Assembly: GCA_015061575.1 (NCBI GenBank)
Contig: SUWF01000002.1
Coordinates: 18,521 to 82,520, forward strand
Direction: 5' to 3'
Origin: Lentisphaerota bacterium
GTDB taxonomy: Bacteria > Verrucomicrobiota > Lentisphaeria > Victivallales > Victivallaceae
DNA length: 64,000 nt
Shown: positions 29,055 to 38,630 of the stretch, piece after piece
Layout of the letters: every line of letters begins with the position of its first letter
Position numbering within the stretch: the first letter of the stretch is position 1
Translations under genes and position numbers: made by a program
The notes under the pieces: model-generated
The model's input: the letters and a program-made list of their open reading frames with translations, nothing else
What the model was told of the DNA's origin: nothing
Databases searched by the model: none

Positions 29055-30083
29055 ATGATTATTAAAAAACAGGCATTTCCCCGGGCGGCTTTGATCGGCA
29101 ACCCGTCGGATGGTTACTACGGCAAGACCATAGCGTTTGTTTTTGATAATTACGCAGCTCAGGTCGATTTGTACGAAACTCCGGAGTTGGATTTTGTACC
29201 GAGTATGCGTGATCACTCCTGCTTTGCCAATATCCACGAACTGGTTCGGCAGGTCGGTTTGTACGGCTATTATGGCGGTATAAGACTGCTTAAAGCCAGC
29301 GTCAAACGTTTTGTGGAGTATTGCGTGGAGCGCGATATAAAACTGCATGACCGCAATTTTACCATGCGCTACCGCACTACTATTCCCAACCGGCTGGGGC
29401 TGGCAGGGTCTTCGGCGATCATTACCGCCAGCATCCGGGCGCTGGAAGAGTTTTACGATATTGAAATCAGCAAACCGGAACTGGCCAATTTGATCTTGTC
29501 GGTGGAAGTCGATGAGTTAGGCATTGCCGCCGGTTTGCAGGATCGGGTGGCTCAGACCTACAATGTACCGGTTTTTATGGACTTCAACCGTGAACACATG
29601 GAAAAATATGGTTACGGTATTTACAAAGAATTGGCTATTCCGGAAGATTTGAATTTGTTTGTGGCTTTTAGAACCGATTTGGCAGAGGGGTCCGAAATTC
29701 TGCACGGCCGCTTGCGCGACGATTACAACAATGGTGTTCCGGCAGTGCTGGATGCGATCCGGGAGTGGGCGCATTTGACGGATGTAGTCTATGAATCTTT
29801 GAAGAATAAAAATTACGGCGAAATCGAACGCTGTCTGCGGCGGAATTTTGAATTGCGCTGCGAGGTATGTTCTACCACCGTAAGTGCCAAAAACCGGCGC
29901 ATGGTCGAGTTGGCCAATTCGCTGGGCGCCGCGGCCAAACTGACCGGTTCCGGCGGGGCAATCATTGGTATATATCACGATGATGCGCATTTTCAGCAGC
30001 TGAAAGCACTGTTTGGCCGCAATCAGATCGATATAGTAAAACCGCACATTGTGACCGCAGGAGCCGGTGAACCGGATCTGTGA
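29055..30083 (+). CDS. GHMP-family kinase, glucuronokinase-like
   Basis: ALIGNPSDGYYGKTIAF, GYYGGIRLL, PNRLGLAGSSAIITA (GHMP motif II), GIAAGLQDRVAQTY and KLTGSGGAIIG. From memory, these closely parallel plant glucuronokinase. Confidence 0.75.
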   Translation: MIIKKQAFPRAALIGNPSDGYYGKTIAFVFDNYAAQVDLYETPELDFVPSMRDHSCFANIHELVRQVGLYGYYGGIRLLKASVKRFVEYCVERDIKLHDRNFTMRYRTTIPNRLGLAGSSAIITASIRALEEFYDIEISKPELANLILSVEVDELGIAAGLQDRVAQTYNVPVFMDFNREHMEKYGYGIYKELAIPEDLNLFVAFRTDLAEGSEILHGRLRDDYNNGVPAVLDAIREWAHLTDVVYESLKNKNYGEIERCLRRNFELRCEVCSTTVSAKNRRMVELANSLGAAAKLTGSGGAIIGIYHDDAHFQQLKALFGRNQIDIVKPHIVTAGAGEPDL

Positions 30084-30136
30084 GAATAATGCTGTAATAA
30101 TTCAACTTGAAGTTATTGACTCAGGGTGGTGGAAAT

Positions 30137-31126
30137 ATGAAAATTCTCAAGCATGATGATTCTGTTGTTTTGCCGGAAATAATTACCATTGAAGCGCAAA
30201 TGATCCCCGGTGATGTTGAGCGGGAAGTTGAAGTGCATATCGTTACACCCCGCTTGGGAGTGAATGCCAATACCGGTTTGATGCTTGTATCGCACAACTG
30301 GGGCGGTACCTGGGAAATGTGCTGGGATTGGTGTCCGGTTCTGGCCAATAAATTCAATTTGATCTGCATTGATACAAATTATTTGCAGAGCGGACCTTAT
30401 GATCCGGCTGCCGGGGTATATGATTTCGGGCTGCTGCAGGCAATGGATTGCTTACGGGCGATGGGAGAAGTTCGCAAATATCTGGATGAAAAAGGTGTTA
30501 TTTTCAATCGCCGCCGCAATTATGCCGCGGGGGCTTCCGGCGGCGGCAATGTGTCGCAGATGGTCAATAAACTTGCCCCGCACACCTTTGGCTGTATTAT
30601 TGATTTGTGCGGAATGCCGGGGTTGACCGATGAAATTGCCTATGGCGAGTGTCTGCGCCTCAATGCCGGATATTCCCGGGATCCGGAAAAAACGAATTAT
30701 CTGGCTGCGCACATGCAGGAGATCCGGGATTTCGGCAATCCGGCGCATCTGGCCATTCAGTACCAGTGCAATCCGGATAATCAGGTGGTGATCGTACATG
30801 GCGTGGATGATGATTATTGTTCATGTCCGGATAAAGTGCAGATTTTCGGCAATATGCTGCGGGCTGGCTTCAAGCCGGAAGGTTACTTTATAACTCCGGG
30901 CATGGTTGACGGGATTGTGGTGATGGATACCGGGCATGCTATTGGCGACCGGGCCTATATCATTGCTAAATACGGACAGCGTTTTATTCAGGAAAAAGGC
31001 GAGTTTGTCAAATTGGTCGAATGTGACGATTTTGACCGCAAGAGTGTTATCGAGTATCCGGTGACCGGCGGATGTTACCAGATCGATTTTTCGGGTGTTC
31101 CGACGATAAATTTTGTAGAAGCGTGA
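30137..31126 (+). CDS. Alpha/beta-hydrolase-fold protein (DUF2920-like)
   Basis: Start MKILKHDD after GGTGGTGGA. Nucleophile elbow GASGG in NYAAGASGGGN; candidate Asp in VIVHGVDDD and His in MDTGHAIGD. Confidence 0.5.
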   Translation: MKILKHDDSVVLPEIITIEAQMIPGDVEREVEVHIVTPRLGVNANTGLMLVSHNWGGTWEMCWDWCPVLANKFNLICIDTNYLQSGPYDPAAGVYDFGLLQAMDCLRAMGEVRKYLDEKGVIFNRRRNYAAGASGGGNVSQMVNKLAPHTFGCIIDLCGMPGLTDEIAYGECLRLNAGYSRDPEKTNYLAAHMQEIRDFGNPAHLAIQYQCNPDNQVVIVHGVDDDYCSCPDKVQIFGNMLRAGFKPEGYFITPGMVDGIVVMDTGHAIGDRAYIIAKYGQRFIQEKGEFVKLVECDDFDRKSVIEYPVTGGCYQIDFSGVPTINFVEA

Positions 31127-31146
31127 ATGGATTTGAAAAAATAAAA

Positions 31147-31231
31147 TGGTACGCGGTGCGGGGATCGAACCCGCATGCCTTGCGGCGAAGGATCCTAAGT
31201 CCTTTGTGTCTGCCAATTCCACCAACCGCGC
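31147..31231 (-). tRNA. tRNA-Leu (anticodon TAG), type II with long variable arm
   Basis: Manual fold: GCGCGGT acceptor, anticodon arm AAGGA-CTTAGGA-TCCTT, variable arm CGCCGCAAGGCATG, T loop TTCGATC, encoded CCA. Confidence 0.92.
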
Positions 31232-31359
31232 TTAATAGGGCTGAAGCAGTTTCCCGGTTATCCGGGGTGCCGGATTATATAATTTAATACGTTTCAGAAG
31301 AAAAAGCAATTGTAAAATAATATTTTTATTTTAATTTTTAATACATAACGAGGTTTATT

Positions 31360-31971
31360 ATGTTATTGTCCAATTACGTTGCAGTGCTGATCAAGGTGTT
31401 CTTTCTGATGACACCGTTCTTTGCATTGTCCATGTTCCTGACTTACACCGCTGATTACACGCTTAAACGCAAGCGCTCTACTGCGGTCAAAACAACGCTG
31501 GCAGTCATGGTCATATCGCTTTTGATCTATTGGTTCGGTGAATATTTGTTCAAGGTTCTGGGTATAACCATTGATGCGTTCCGTATTGGTGCGGGGGTGG
31601 TGCTTATGCTCACAGCTATTGCGCTGGTCAACGGGCCGACCAGCAGCGGCAGTGGCGCCAAAAAAGTCGATGACGATGTTCAGGATATTACGGTTGTGCC
31701 ACTGGCCATACCTACGATCGTGGGCCCGGGGACGATCGGGGCGCTGCTGGTCATGGGCGCTGACGGCGGGGAGATGATGGTGCGTATTTCCATATCGCTG
31801 GGGATCGTGACGGCTATTGCGCTGCTGGGCGCAGTGCTGATGCTTGCTGAACAGCTGGAACGGATCCTCAAGCGCAACGGTATCCAGATCCTCAGCAAGA
31901 TCACCGGTTTGATGCTGGCGGCGCTTTCGGCGCAGATCATCTTTACCGGGGTCGCCAATTTTATGAAGTAA
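31360..31971 (+). CDS. MarC-family (UPF0056) integral membrane protein
   Basis: 203 aa with six hydrophobic segments. FFLMTPFFALSMFL and PLAIPTIVGPGTIGALL are typical of MarC/NAAT. Confidence 0.75.
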   Translation: MLLSNYVAVLIKVFFLMTPFFALSMFLTYTADYTLKRKRSTAVKTTLAVMVISLLIYWFGEYLFKVLGITIDAFRIGAGVVLMLTAIALVNGPTSSGSGAKKVDDDVQDITVVPLAIPTIVGPGTIGALLVMGADGGEMMVRISISLGIVTAIALLGAVLMLAEQLERILKRNGIQILSKITGLMLAALSAQIIFTGVANFMK

Positions 31972-31980
31972 AATAATCCA

Positions 31981-32027
31981 ACCGTCCTGCTCAAAAATAT
32001 TCATTGCAGCAGGACGGTGTTTTTTTG
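31981..32027 (+). terminator. Rho-independent terminator after the MarC-family gene
   Basis: ACCGTCCTGC (31981-31990) pairs with GCAGGACGGT (32009-32018), then G plus T8. Confidence 0.8.
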
Positions 32028-32030
32028 CCT

Positions 32031-32780
32031 ATGAAAAATCTGTGGAGAATTGCAATATTGTTTATGCTGCCGGGCATGATTGGCAGCGGCGGTACGGCGA
32101 TGGCGTTTTTCCGGTTGGCCGATGCAGATGTACCCATGCTTAATACGGTGAGTCTGGCGGCAATATTGTGGTGTGCAGTATATTGCCTTGGCATGTTTGC
32201 TCTGCGCAAAGAGCGGAATCTGACCTGGCTTTACTACACGGGAACAATGATGATTGCGCTGGCATTTACTTGCGGCTTGGGGATAGTTCGCTTATTGGGG
32301 GGCAGCGGTTGGCTTGAAGGTGTTGCCGGATTAATCATTTCAGCAGCGGCGGCGTCCGTTTGGCAGCATTGTTTTTGCTCCGGGAGTTTCCGGTGGCCGG
32401 ATCGTCTGAGCTGGCTGGCCGGAGTGATAGCGGCTTTGCTGGCGATATTTTATCTCTTCAGCCGTAACCGGATGGCCTGGCTGGAAACGCTCTTCTTTTA
32501 TCTGGGGGAAATGCTGTTGGTTTTTTGGGCGATGGCGTCACCGCTTACTTTATACGGCACGGCGCTCAAACGCTGGAGTTTCCGCTTGGGATTGCTGGGC
32601 GTGGGGCTATGGCGGTATGGCTCAGTCCGGTTTTTGTCTTCCAGCCGTGGAACAGTGCGCCGGAATCCATGCCGGATGGCAAGTGGCAGCGCACTTTTGT
32701 TACGCCGCAAGGCAGTCGTTTTGTCTGGATCGATCCGCATGATCGCAGCGGACTTTACACCCCCACCGGACGCTTGCTGA
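32031..32780 (+). CDS. Polytopic membrane protein, N-terminal part. The reading frame appears to degenerate after about 32610 (see finding).
   Basis: MKNLWRIAILFMLPGMIGSGG... carries several TM segments up to ...RWSFRLGLLGVGLWRYG. The remainder (SVRFLSSSRGTVRRNPCRMASGS...) looks like out-of-frame sequence. Confidence 0.5.
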   Translation: MKNLWRIAILFMLPGMIGSGGTAMAFFRLADADVPMLNTVSLAAILWCAVYCLGMFALRKERNLTWLYYTGTMMIALAFTCGLGIVRLLGGSGWLEGVAGLIISAAAASVWQHCFCSGSFRWPDRLSWLAGVIAALLAIFYLFSRNRMAWLETLFFYLGEMLLVFWAMASPLTLYGTALKRWSFRLGLLGVGLWRYGSVRFLSSSRGTVRRNPCRMASGSALLLRRKAVVLSGSIRMIAADFTPPPDAC

Positions 32781-33943
32781 TGCCGGATAATGCCGATGAA
32801 GAGTGGCTGCCGGCGCTGCCGGTGCTGCTGGGAGTGATGAACAGTGCAGATCCGGCGATCAAAGTGGCTGCTCCGGTAAAAAGTATCCTGCCGGATGCTT
32901 TCCGGAAAATGGCCGACTGCCAGGTGAACTGGATAAAACATCCGGAGTCTTTACAAGGTACTTATGGTGCATGGTATTGGAAAAAATGGAGCGCATTGCA
33001 GCGTATGCCGCAAAGCAGTTCACAAAAATATGATTTGCTGCTGATAAGTGCCTTGAATGATAATCAATATCCCGGAGCGCTCCAGCGGAATTGGGATTTT
33101 TTGAGTCATGATCTGGCGGAGGATGCTGTAGTTGCAGTGCCGTGGCATGTGTTGTGCAATAAAACCATGTTTGTATTGCTGCACGAAAAATTCAACTGCA
33201 ATTACAGTTTGCCGATCGGGAATGGTATCTGGATTTTTTCCAACCGCAAACTTGATATGTCTGCCAGGACGATCGATGAAAAACTGCTTAAATTTTACGG
33301 CCATGAATCCACGCTTCTGCGGCATGCTTTAGGGTTGTTGAGCCATTGGAACAGTGAGTTGAAGCTCTCCGGAGTGGAAATCGTTCAGTACGGCAGTAAT
33401 CGCTGGCTGGGTTCATGGTGGTGGCTGCTGATGGGAGTCGGACTGCTGCTGTTGTGGCGTGGGGGAAGGCTGTTGGCCGAACGGCGCAATGCCATGCACA
33501 ATTATTGGTATTGTGTGGAAAATGGTTTTTCGGCAATGGGGATGTTTTTGCTGGCATTGGAACTTTTGTGTGTTGATTTGGGGGTGTTCGCATTGGCATT
33601 GGCGGTGCTTCCGGTGCTGGGTTTTGGGGGCTGGTGCCGGGTCAAAACCGGCGGCATCCGGCTGACTTTATTAATAAATTGTCTGTTGCCATTAAGCGCA
33701 TTACTGGGCGGATTGTGGAATTGGCTGGCGGTGATCGTGATGCTGCAAAATAGCTTTTTTGCACATCAGCAGCTGCAAATGTTAGCCGGAAATACTGCCA
33801 GTCAGCGCAAATTGCATTGCTTTAATGCTGTTGGTATGCTTCTGGCCGTGGCTGCGCTGGCAGTTTTCTGGCATTGGCAGATGCCGTTGCTGCTGGTTTG
33901 GGTGATCTTTGTGGCGCTGAGAATACCGCATCTTTGGAAGTGA
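32609..33943 (+). CDS. Membrane protein, C-terminal part (soluble middle domain plus about 5 TM segments). Probably continuous with the preceding ORF through a 1-nt frame change.
   Basis: Protein-like sequence begins near MAVWLSPVFVFQPWNSAPES. KYDLLLISALNDNQYPGAL...DAVVAVPW is vaguely spermidine-synthase-like. Overlaps the upstream ORF by 172 nt in another frame. Confidence 0.5.
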   Translation: MAVWLSPVFVFQPWNSAPESMPDGKWQRTFVTPQGSRFVWIDPHDRSGLYTPTGRLLMPDNADEEWLPALPVLLGVMNSADPAIKVAAPVKSILPDAFRKMADCQVNWIKHPESLQGTYGAWYWKKWSALQRMPQSSSQKYDLLLISALNDNQYPGALQRNWDFLSHDLAEDAVVAVPWHVLCNKTMFVLLHEKFNCNYSLPIGNGIWIFSNRKLDMSARTIDEKLLKFYGHESTLLRHALGLLSHWNSELKLSGVEIVQYGSNRWLGSWWWLLMGVGLLLLWRGGRLLAERRNAMHNYWYCVENGFSAMGMFLLALELLCVDLGVFALALAVLPVLGFGGWCRVKTGGIRLTLLINCLLPLSALLGGLWNWLAVIVMLQNSFFAHQQLQMLAGNTASQRKLHCFNAVGMLLAVAALAVFWHWQMPLLLVWVIFVALRIPHLWK

Positions 33944-34111
33944 TGGCAAATATTCTTGGGATAACCTGCTGAACAGCGGCCGGAGTATTGATGCGCCTTA
34001 CGGATAAAATTCAAAAAACTGAACCGGATTATTTGCTGTTTACTATTGTATTTAACGGGCAGATGGTGTATATTACCAGAGTGTAGTGAATCCAGAAAGG
34101 ATAATAATATC

Positions 34112-35662
34112 ATGAAGAATTTTTTAGCTCTATGTTTGATATGCTGCGCCTGGCTGCTGCCGGCGGCTCCAGTTCAGCTTAAAGGTTCGGCTGTGCTGGC
34201 CACAGTCAATGGCGAAGTTATAACGCTGGGCGATGTATTGCGCGAAAGCAGCAGCAGCGAAGCCGCTGCCCATGTCTATGCAGGAGAAAATCTCTCTGCA
34301 GAGATCCTCCGGCTGCGGAAGGATGCAGTTGACCGCCTGATCGAACGCAAATTGCTGATCAGTGAATTCAAACGTCTGAATTTGTCTTTGCCGCCGCGCT
34401 ATGTGGAAAGTATGCTCGATGATATGGCGTTCAATCTGGGCTGCAAAAGCCGTTCGGAATTGGCCGCCAAAGCCCGCTTGCTCAATACATCGCTGGAGGA
34501 GTTGAAGCTTAAAGCTGCTGAACGTTTGATGGCCGAAATGGTGATCGGACGGGAGTTTTATGGAGCTATAAATCCGACTCCGCAAGAGCTTTATGAGTAT
34601 TTTCAAAAGAATCAGGAAAAATATTCCCGGCCCGGGCGGATCAAGTTGGCACTGTTGCTGCTGCCGGATAATACAAGTGAGCAGGTGGTTAAGGAAGTCG
34701 GCCGTAAATTGCAGGCTGCTCCGGCGGAATTTCCGGAAATGGTCAAAGCCTTTTCATGCGGCCCCAATCGGGAGCAGGGGGGAGAAGTCGGATTTATTGA
34801 ACAAAAGAATCTGCGCAGCGAATTTGCAGCAGTGTTAAAACCTGAAAAATTGGCTGCCAATAAAATTTACGGCCCGGTCAAAACCCCGGAAGGTCAATAT
34901 TTTTTGAAGATCCTGGAGCTGGACGGTGGACAGAAAGCTGAGTTTGCCAAGGTGCGGGGGCAAATCCGGGAGGCAATGGAAAAAGCTGCCCGCAGTCAGG
35001 CGTTGGCTGAACTTTACAAGCGCCTGCGCAGCAGCGCAACGATCAATTACTATTTTGGACACGCTGCGGCAGCAGATAAAACAGCCGCAGATTCAAATAG
35101 CAGTGTCAAAACAGCCCCCGCCGGAAAAGCGGTCGAAAAAAATATTAAAAAAATGGAGAAAAAAACCATGGTCACACTTAAAACCAACCACGGCGATATC
35201 AAGCTGGAACTTTTTGCTGATGCCGCCCCCAAAACCGTTGCCAACTTTCTTGAGTATGTCAAGAGCGGGTTTTACAACGGCACGCTTTTTCATCGGGTCA
35301 TCAATGACTTTATGATCCAGGGCGGCGGTTTTGATACCAAATTCAAGCAGAAGGAAACCCGGGCGCCGATCCAGAACGAAGCCGATAACCGGCTTTCCAA
35401 CGAAATCGGTACTATCGCCATGGCCCGCACCATGGATCCGCACAGTGCCACAGCGCAGTTCTTTATCAATGTGGCCAACAATGATTTTCTGGATTTCCGT
35501 TCTCCGAGTCCGCAGTTCTACGGCTACTGCGTGTTCGGTAAAGTCGTGGAAGGTATGGATGTGGTCAATAAGATCAAGACGGTCAAAACCGGCGGCCGGG
35601 CCGGACATCAGGATGTGCCCAAAGAAGATGTGATCATTCTGGAAGCAGTTGTTGAAGAATAA
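34112..35662 (+). CDS. Secreted SurA/PpiD-like parvulin PPIase fused in frame to a PpiB-type cyclophilin PPIase
   Basis: Signal [20 protein letters not shown]. Parvulin region ...[16 protein letters not shown]...[16 protein letters not shown], then an Ala-rich linker. From 35168 the sequence [16 protein letters not shown]...[15 protein letters not shown]...[10 protein letters not shown] is nearly collinear with E. coli PpiB as I recall it. Confidence 0.75.
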   Translation: MKNFLALCLICCAWLLPAAPVQLKGSAVLATVNGEVITLGDVLRESSSSEAAAHVYAGENLSAEILRLRKDAVDRLIERKLLISEFKRLNLSLPPRYVESMLDDMAFNLGCKSRSELAAKARLLNTSLEELKLKAAERLMAEMVIGREFYGAINPTPQELYEYFQKNQEKYSRPGRIKLALLLLPDNTSEQVVKEVGRKLQAAPAEFPEMVKAFSCGPNREQGGEVGFIEQKNLRSEFAAVLKPEKLAANKIYGPVKTPEGQYFLKILELDGGQKAEFAKVRGQIREAMEKAARSQALAELYKRLRSSATINYYFGHAAAADKTAADSNSSVKTAPAGKAVEKNIKKMEKKTMVTLKTNHGDIKLELFADAAPKTVANFLEYVKSGFYNGTLFHRVINDFMIQGGGFDTKFKQKETRAPIQNEADNRLSNEIGTIAMARTMDPHSATAQFFINVANNDFLDFRSPSPQFYGYCVFGKVVEGMDVVNKIKTVKTGGRAGHQDVPKEDVIILEAVVEE

Positions 35663-35697
35663 TAAATTATAAAATCACATAGACAAAGGAAACAATA

Positions 35698-37107
35698 ATG
35701 AGCAATGAAACATCTTCAAGCAGCTCACCCGAGCTGCTGAACCCGGCGTTGACGGGTGATGAGCGTTACCGTTGCGGTACGCTGCAATATACCAAGAAGA
35801 CCTTGATATATTTGTTCATCTGGATGCTGTGGGGCGATTTTTGCTACACGCTGATGGAGGCACTTATCCCCACGCTGCTGCCGCTGGTACTTCGGCAGCA
35901 CGAGGCGAGCAATACATTGATCGGCCTTTTGGTCGGAAGTATTCCGGCGGCGTTGAATTTTATTATTAATCCGATCGTCAGTACTTCCAGTGACCGTACC
36001 CGCAGCCGCTGGGGGCGCCGCATACCTTATTTGCTCTTTTCCAGTCCCTTTGTGGTGCTGTTTCTGGTGCTGGTGGGCTGGTCGGATAAGCTGGGTGCAT
36101 GGCTTTACAATATGGCTTGGGGGCCCGGCGGCAGTCCGGCTACGGTGATCATTATTATGCTGGCGATCTTTTCGGTGGGGTTCCAGGTATTCAATCTGTT
36201 CGTGGCGTCGGTGTTTTATTACATCTTTGCGGACGTGGTGCCGAAAGTCTTTGTCGGTCGCTTTATGGCGCTCTTCCGGGTGGTGGGAACGGCGGCCGGG
36301 ATCGTGTTTTCCAAATTTATTCTGCCGCTGGCGGATCAGCGGGAAATGGTGCCGTGGATCTTTACCGGAGTAGCGCTGGTCTATTTGGTCAGCTTCGGTT
36401 CGATGTGCCTCAAGGTGAAAGAAGGCGAATATCCGCCGCCGGAAAAGATCCAGCGGGTCAGCGTGGTCGGGATGATCAAAAAATACGCCAAAGAGTGTTT
36501 CAGTATTCCTTTTTATCTCTATTTGTTCATCGGTATGGCAGTGAATACCACCAGTAATGCCTGCCGGATCATGTTCAACTTGCTCTTTGCCAAAGAAGAT
36601 TTGGGTTTGAGCATGGCGCAGTATGGCACGATCACGGCAACTGTATCGCTGGTGATGTTGTTTGCTTATATCCCGCTGGGGTGGATCGTAGATAAGTTCC
36701 ATCCGTTGCGGATATTTATCCTGGGCGGATTTTTGATTATTCTGGCCAATGTGTTTGGTTATTTCTTCTGCCACAATTATGTAACATTCTTTATTGTAAC
36801 GTTCATGATTTCTGCAACCTATGTGCTGCAGGGGGCCAGCGGTCTGCCGCTGACGGTGCGGATCTATCCCAGCGAAAAATACGGTCAGTTCTGTTCTGCC
36901 AACGCCATGATCGGTTCGATCACATTGATCGTGGCTAATGCCGGGGGAGGGGCGTTTATTGACTACTTCGGTTACCGTTACATCTTTGTTTGGGACTTCA
37001 TTTTCACGATCATTGCCACTGCGCTGCTGCTGGTGGTGTACTTTAAGTGGAAGAAGTATGGCGGCGATAAAAACTATGTGCCGCCGCAGAAAACAGTTGA
37101 ACTGTAA
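35698..37107 (+). CDS. MFS transporter, GPH/SLC45-like sugar:cation symporter
   Basis: 469 aa, about 12 TM segments. DRTRSRWGRRIPYLL motif after TM2. Confidence 0.75.
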   Translation: MSNETSSSSSPELLNPALTGDERYRCGTLQYTKKTLIYLFIWMLWGDFCYTLMEALIPTLLPLVLRQHEASNTLIGLLVGSIPAALNFIINPIVSTSSDRTRSRWGRRIPYLLFSSPFVVLFLVLVGWSDKLGAWLYNMAWGPGGSPATVIIIMLAIFSVGFQVFNLFVASVFYYIFADVVPKVFVGRFMALFRVVGTAAGIVFSKFILPLADQREMVPWIFTGVALVYLVSFGSMCLKVKEGEYPPPEKIQRVSVVGMIKKYAKECFSIPFYLYLFIGMAVNTTSNACRIMFNLLFAKEDLGLSMAQYGTITATVSLVMLFAYIPLGWIVDKFHPLRIFILGGFLIILANVFGYFFCHNYVTFFIVTFMISATYVLQGASGLPLTVRIYPSEKYGQFCSANAMIGSITLIVANAGGGAFIDYFGYRYIFVWDFIFTIIATALLLVVYFKWKKYGGDKNYVPPQKTVEL

Positions 37108-37124
37108 CACTGCTGTTGGAAGAA

Positions 37125-37168
37125 CGGATCACGATTGCCTGTTGGGGTGCGTGATCCGTCTTTTTTAT
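37125..37168 (+). terminator. Rho-independent terminator after the MFS gene
   Basis: ACGGATCAC (37125-37133) pairs with GTGATCCGT (37152-37160), followed by CTTTTTTATT. Confidence 0.8.
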
Positions 37169-37349
37169 TGCAATTATTATTAAAATATACTTTAATTGTA
37201 AAAATTATATTTTATTGGCATTAATTAAATTTGCCGGGCGGAAAACGTTGTTTTTTTATGTGGCATTTGCCGGAAAAAGCTGTATTTTATCCGTTAAGAA
37301 TTTATAGGAACTGTAATGCCGTTTCCAAAATTAAAACAGGAGATGTTTT

Positions 37350-38564
37350 ATGCTGTCCAATCGTGATTATTATCAAATGCTTGATGAATTTATTCCGTGG
37401 GGATCAAGTACCTGCAGCAAACATGCCAATCTGCCGCCGGAAGAACCTGCTGTTATTGTGCGTGGGAAAGGCTGCCGGGTTTGGGATGCCGATGGCCGGG
37501 AATTTATTGACTACCGTAATGCCTTGGGGCCGATTTCTCTGGGGTATTGCTATAAGGAGGTTGATGATGCGATACGACGCCAACTGGATGACGGGATATT
37601 GTTTGGCCATCCGCACATTCTGGAAGCAGAAACAGCTCAGTTGTTCTGCCGCCTGATCCCATGTGCTGAAAAGGCCAGATTTTTGAAAACCGGCGGCGAA
37701 GCAGCAGCAGCGGCAATCAAGATCGCCAGGGCTTTTACCGGTAAGGATCATATTATTCAAATCGGATACAACGGCTGGCTTAACAGTTTGGGGTCCGGAG
37801 CATTGGCGTTGCCGGGACGTCCGGCGCCGCGGCAACTGCCGGGGGTACCACAGGCGATTTCCGATTTACACCACACGGCGGCGTGGAATGACCGGACGGC
37901 GTTGGAGCATTACGCCAATGATTATTCCGGCAAGATTGCGGCGGTGATCGTAGCGGCTGATTACCGGGCGATGGAATTGGGGCGGGATTTTTATCCATGG
38001 CTGCGCAGTTTTTGTGACCGCATCGGGGCGTTGTTGATTTTCGATGAAATCGTTACCGGGTTTCGTATGGCGATCGGTGGGGTACAGGAATACTTTGGTG
38101 TTACGCCGGATCTGGCAGTCTTTGCCAAGGCGATCGCCAATGGGATGCCGCTGTCGGTTTATTGTGGTAAATCTGAATATATGGATGTACTGCAAACAGC
38201 GGTGGTTTCCAGCACTTACGCCGGTGATGCTCTGAGTCTGGCGGCGGCAAAAACGGTGATGGAAATCTATTCACGGGAGCCGGTGATAGAACATTTATGG
38301 TCTATGGCCCGGATGCTTTGGGGAAATTTCAATACTTTGGCGAAAAAATACAATATGCCGGTATCGGTGCCGGAGCCGATCAATCCGATTGCCCGTTTTG
38401 TTTACAGCGACAGCTCCATTGAAGACTTCCCGAACCGTTTCCGCCGGGCGTGTTACAATGCCGGAATCAGTTTCTATGAAGGCGGCTATGTAAATTATTC
38501 GCACAAGCTTGCTGACGTGGAAGAAACATTGGAAAAAGTGGAAAGCGTATTCAAGACTTTCTGA
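37350..38564 (+). CDS. Class III aminotransferase (glutamate-1-semialdehyde 2,1-aminomutase-like)
   Basis: GSSTCSKH, GREFIDYRNALGPISLGY, FDEIVTGFRM, and AKAIANGMPLS (PLP lysine region). Confidence 0.8.
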   Translation: MLSNRDYYQMLDEFIPWGSSTCSKHANLPPEEPAVIVRGKGCRVWDADGREFIDYRNALGPISLGYCYKEVDDAIRRQLDDGILFGHPHILEAETAQLFCRLIPCAEKARFLKTGGEAAAAAIKIARAFTGKDHIIQIGYNGWLNSLGSGALALPGRPAPRQLPGVPQAISDLHHTAAWNDRTALEHYANDYSGKIAAVIVAADYRAMELGRDFYPWLRSFCDRIGALLIFDEIVTGFRMAIGGVQEYFGVTPDLAVFAKAIANGMPLSVYCGKSEYMDVLQTAVVSSTYAGDALSLAAAKTVMEIYSREPVIEHLWSMARMLWGNFNTLAKKYNMPVSVPEPINPIARFVYSDSSIEDFPNRFRRACYNAGISFYEGGYVNYSHKLADVEETLEKVESVFKTF

Positions 38565-38583
38565 TAAAAATGCGGAATAAATC

Positions 38584-38630
38584 GGGGATGCATCTGATGG
38601 TGACGATTCAGCTGCATCCCCTGATTTTTT
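38584..38630. terminator. Hairpin terminator between the convergent aminotransferase and sirtuin genes
   Basis: GGGGATGCA (38584-38592) pairs with TGCATCCCC (38613-38621), then TGATTTTTT. The T-run overlaps the sirtuin stop codon. Confidence 0.7.

Noticed and set aside
31232-31359. Possible regulatory RNA between tRNA-Leu and the MarC-family gene.
   Set aside because: The sequence is only AT-rich and promoter-like. I could not see an extended conserved-looking structure.
34046-34111. Upstream extension ([22 protein letters not shown]) of the PPIase fusion ORF.
   Set aside because: The signal peptide begins at the internal Met (MKNFLALCL...), with a GAAAGGA RBS upstream.
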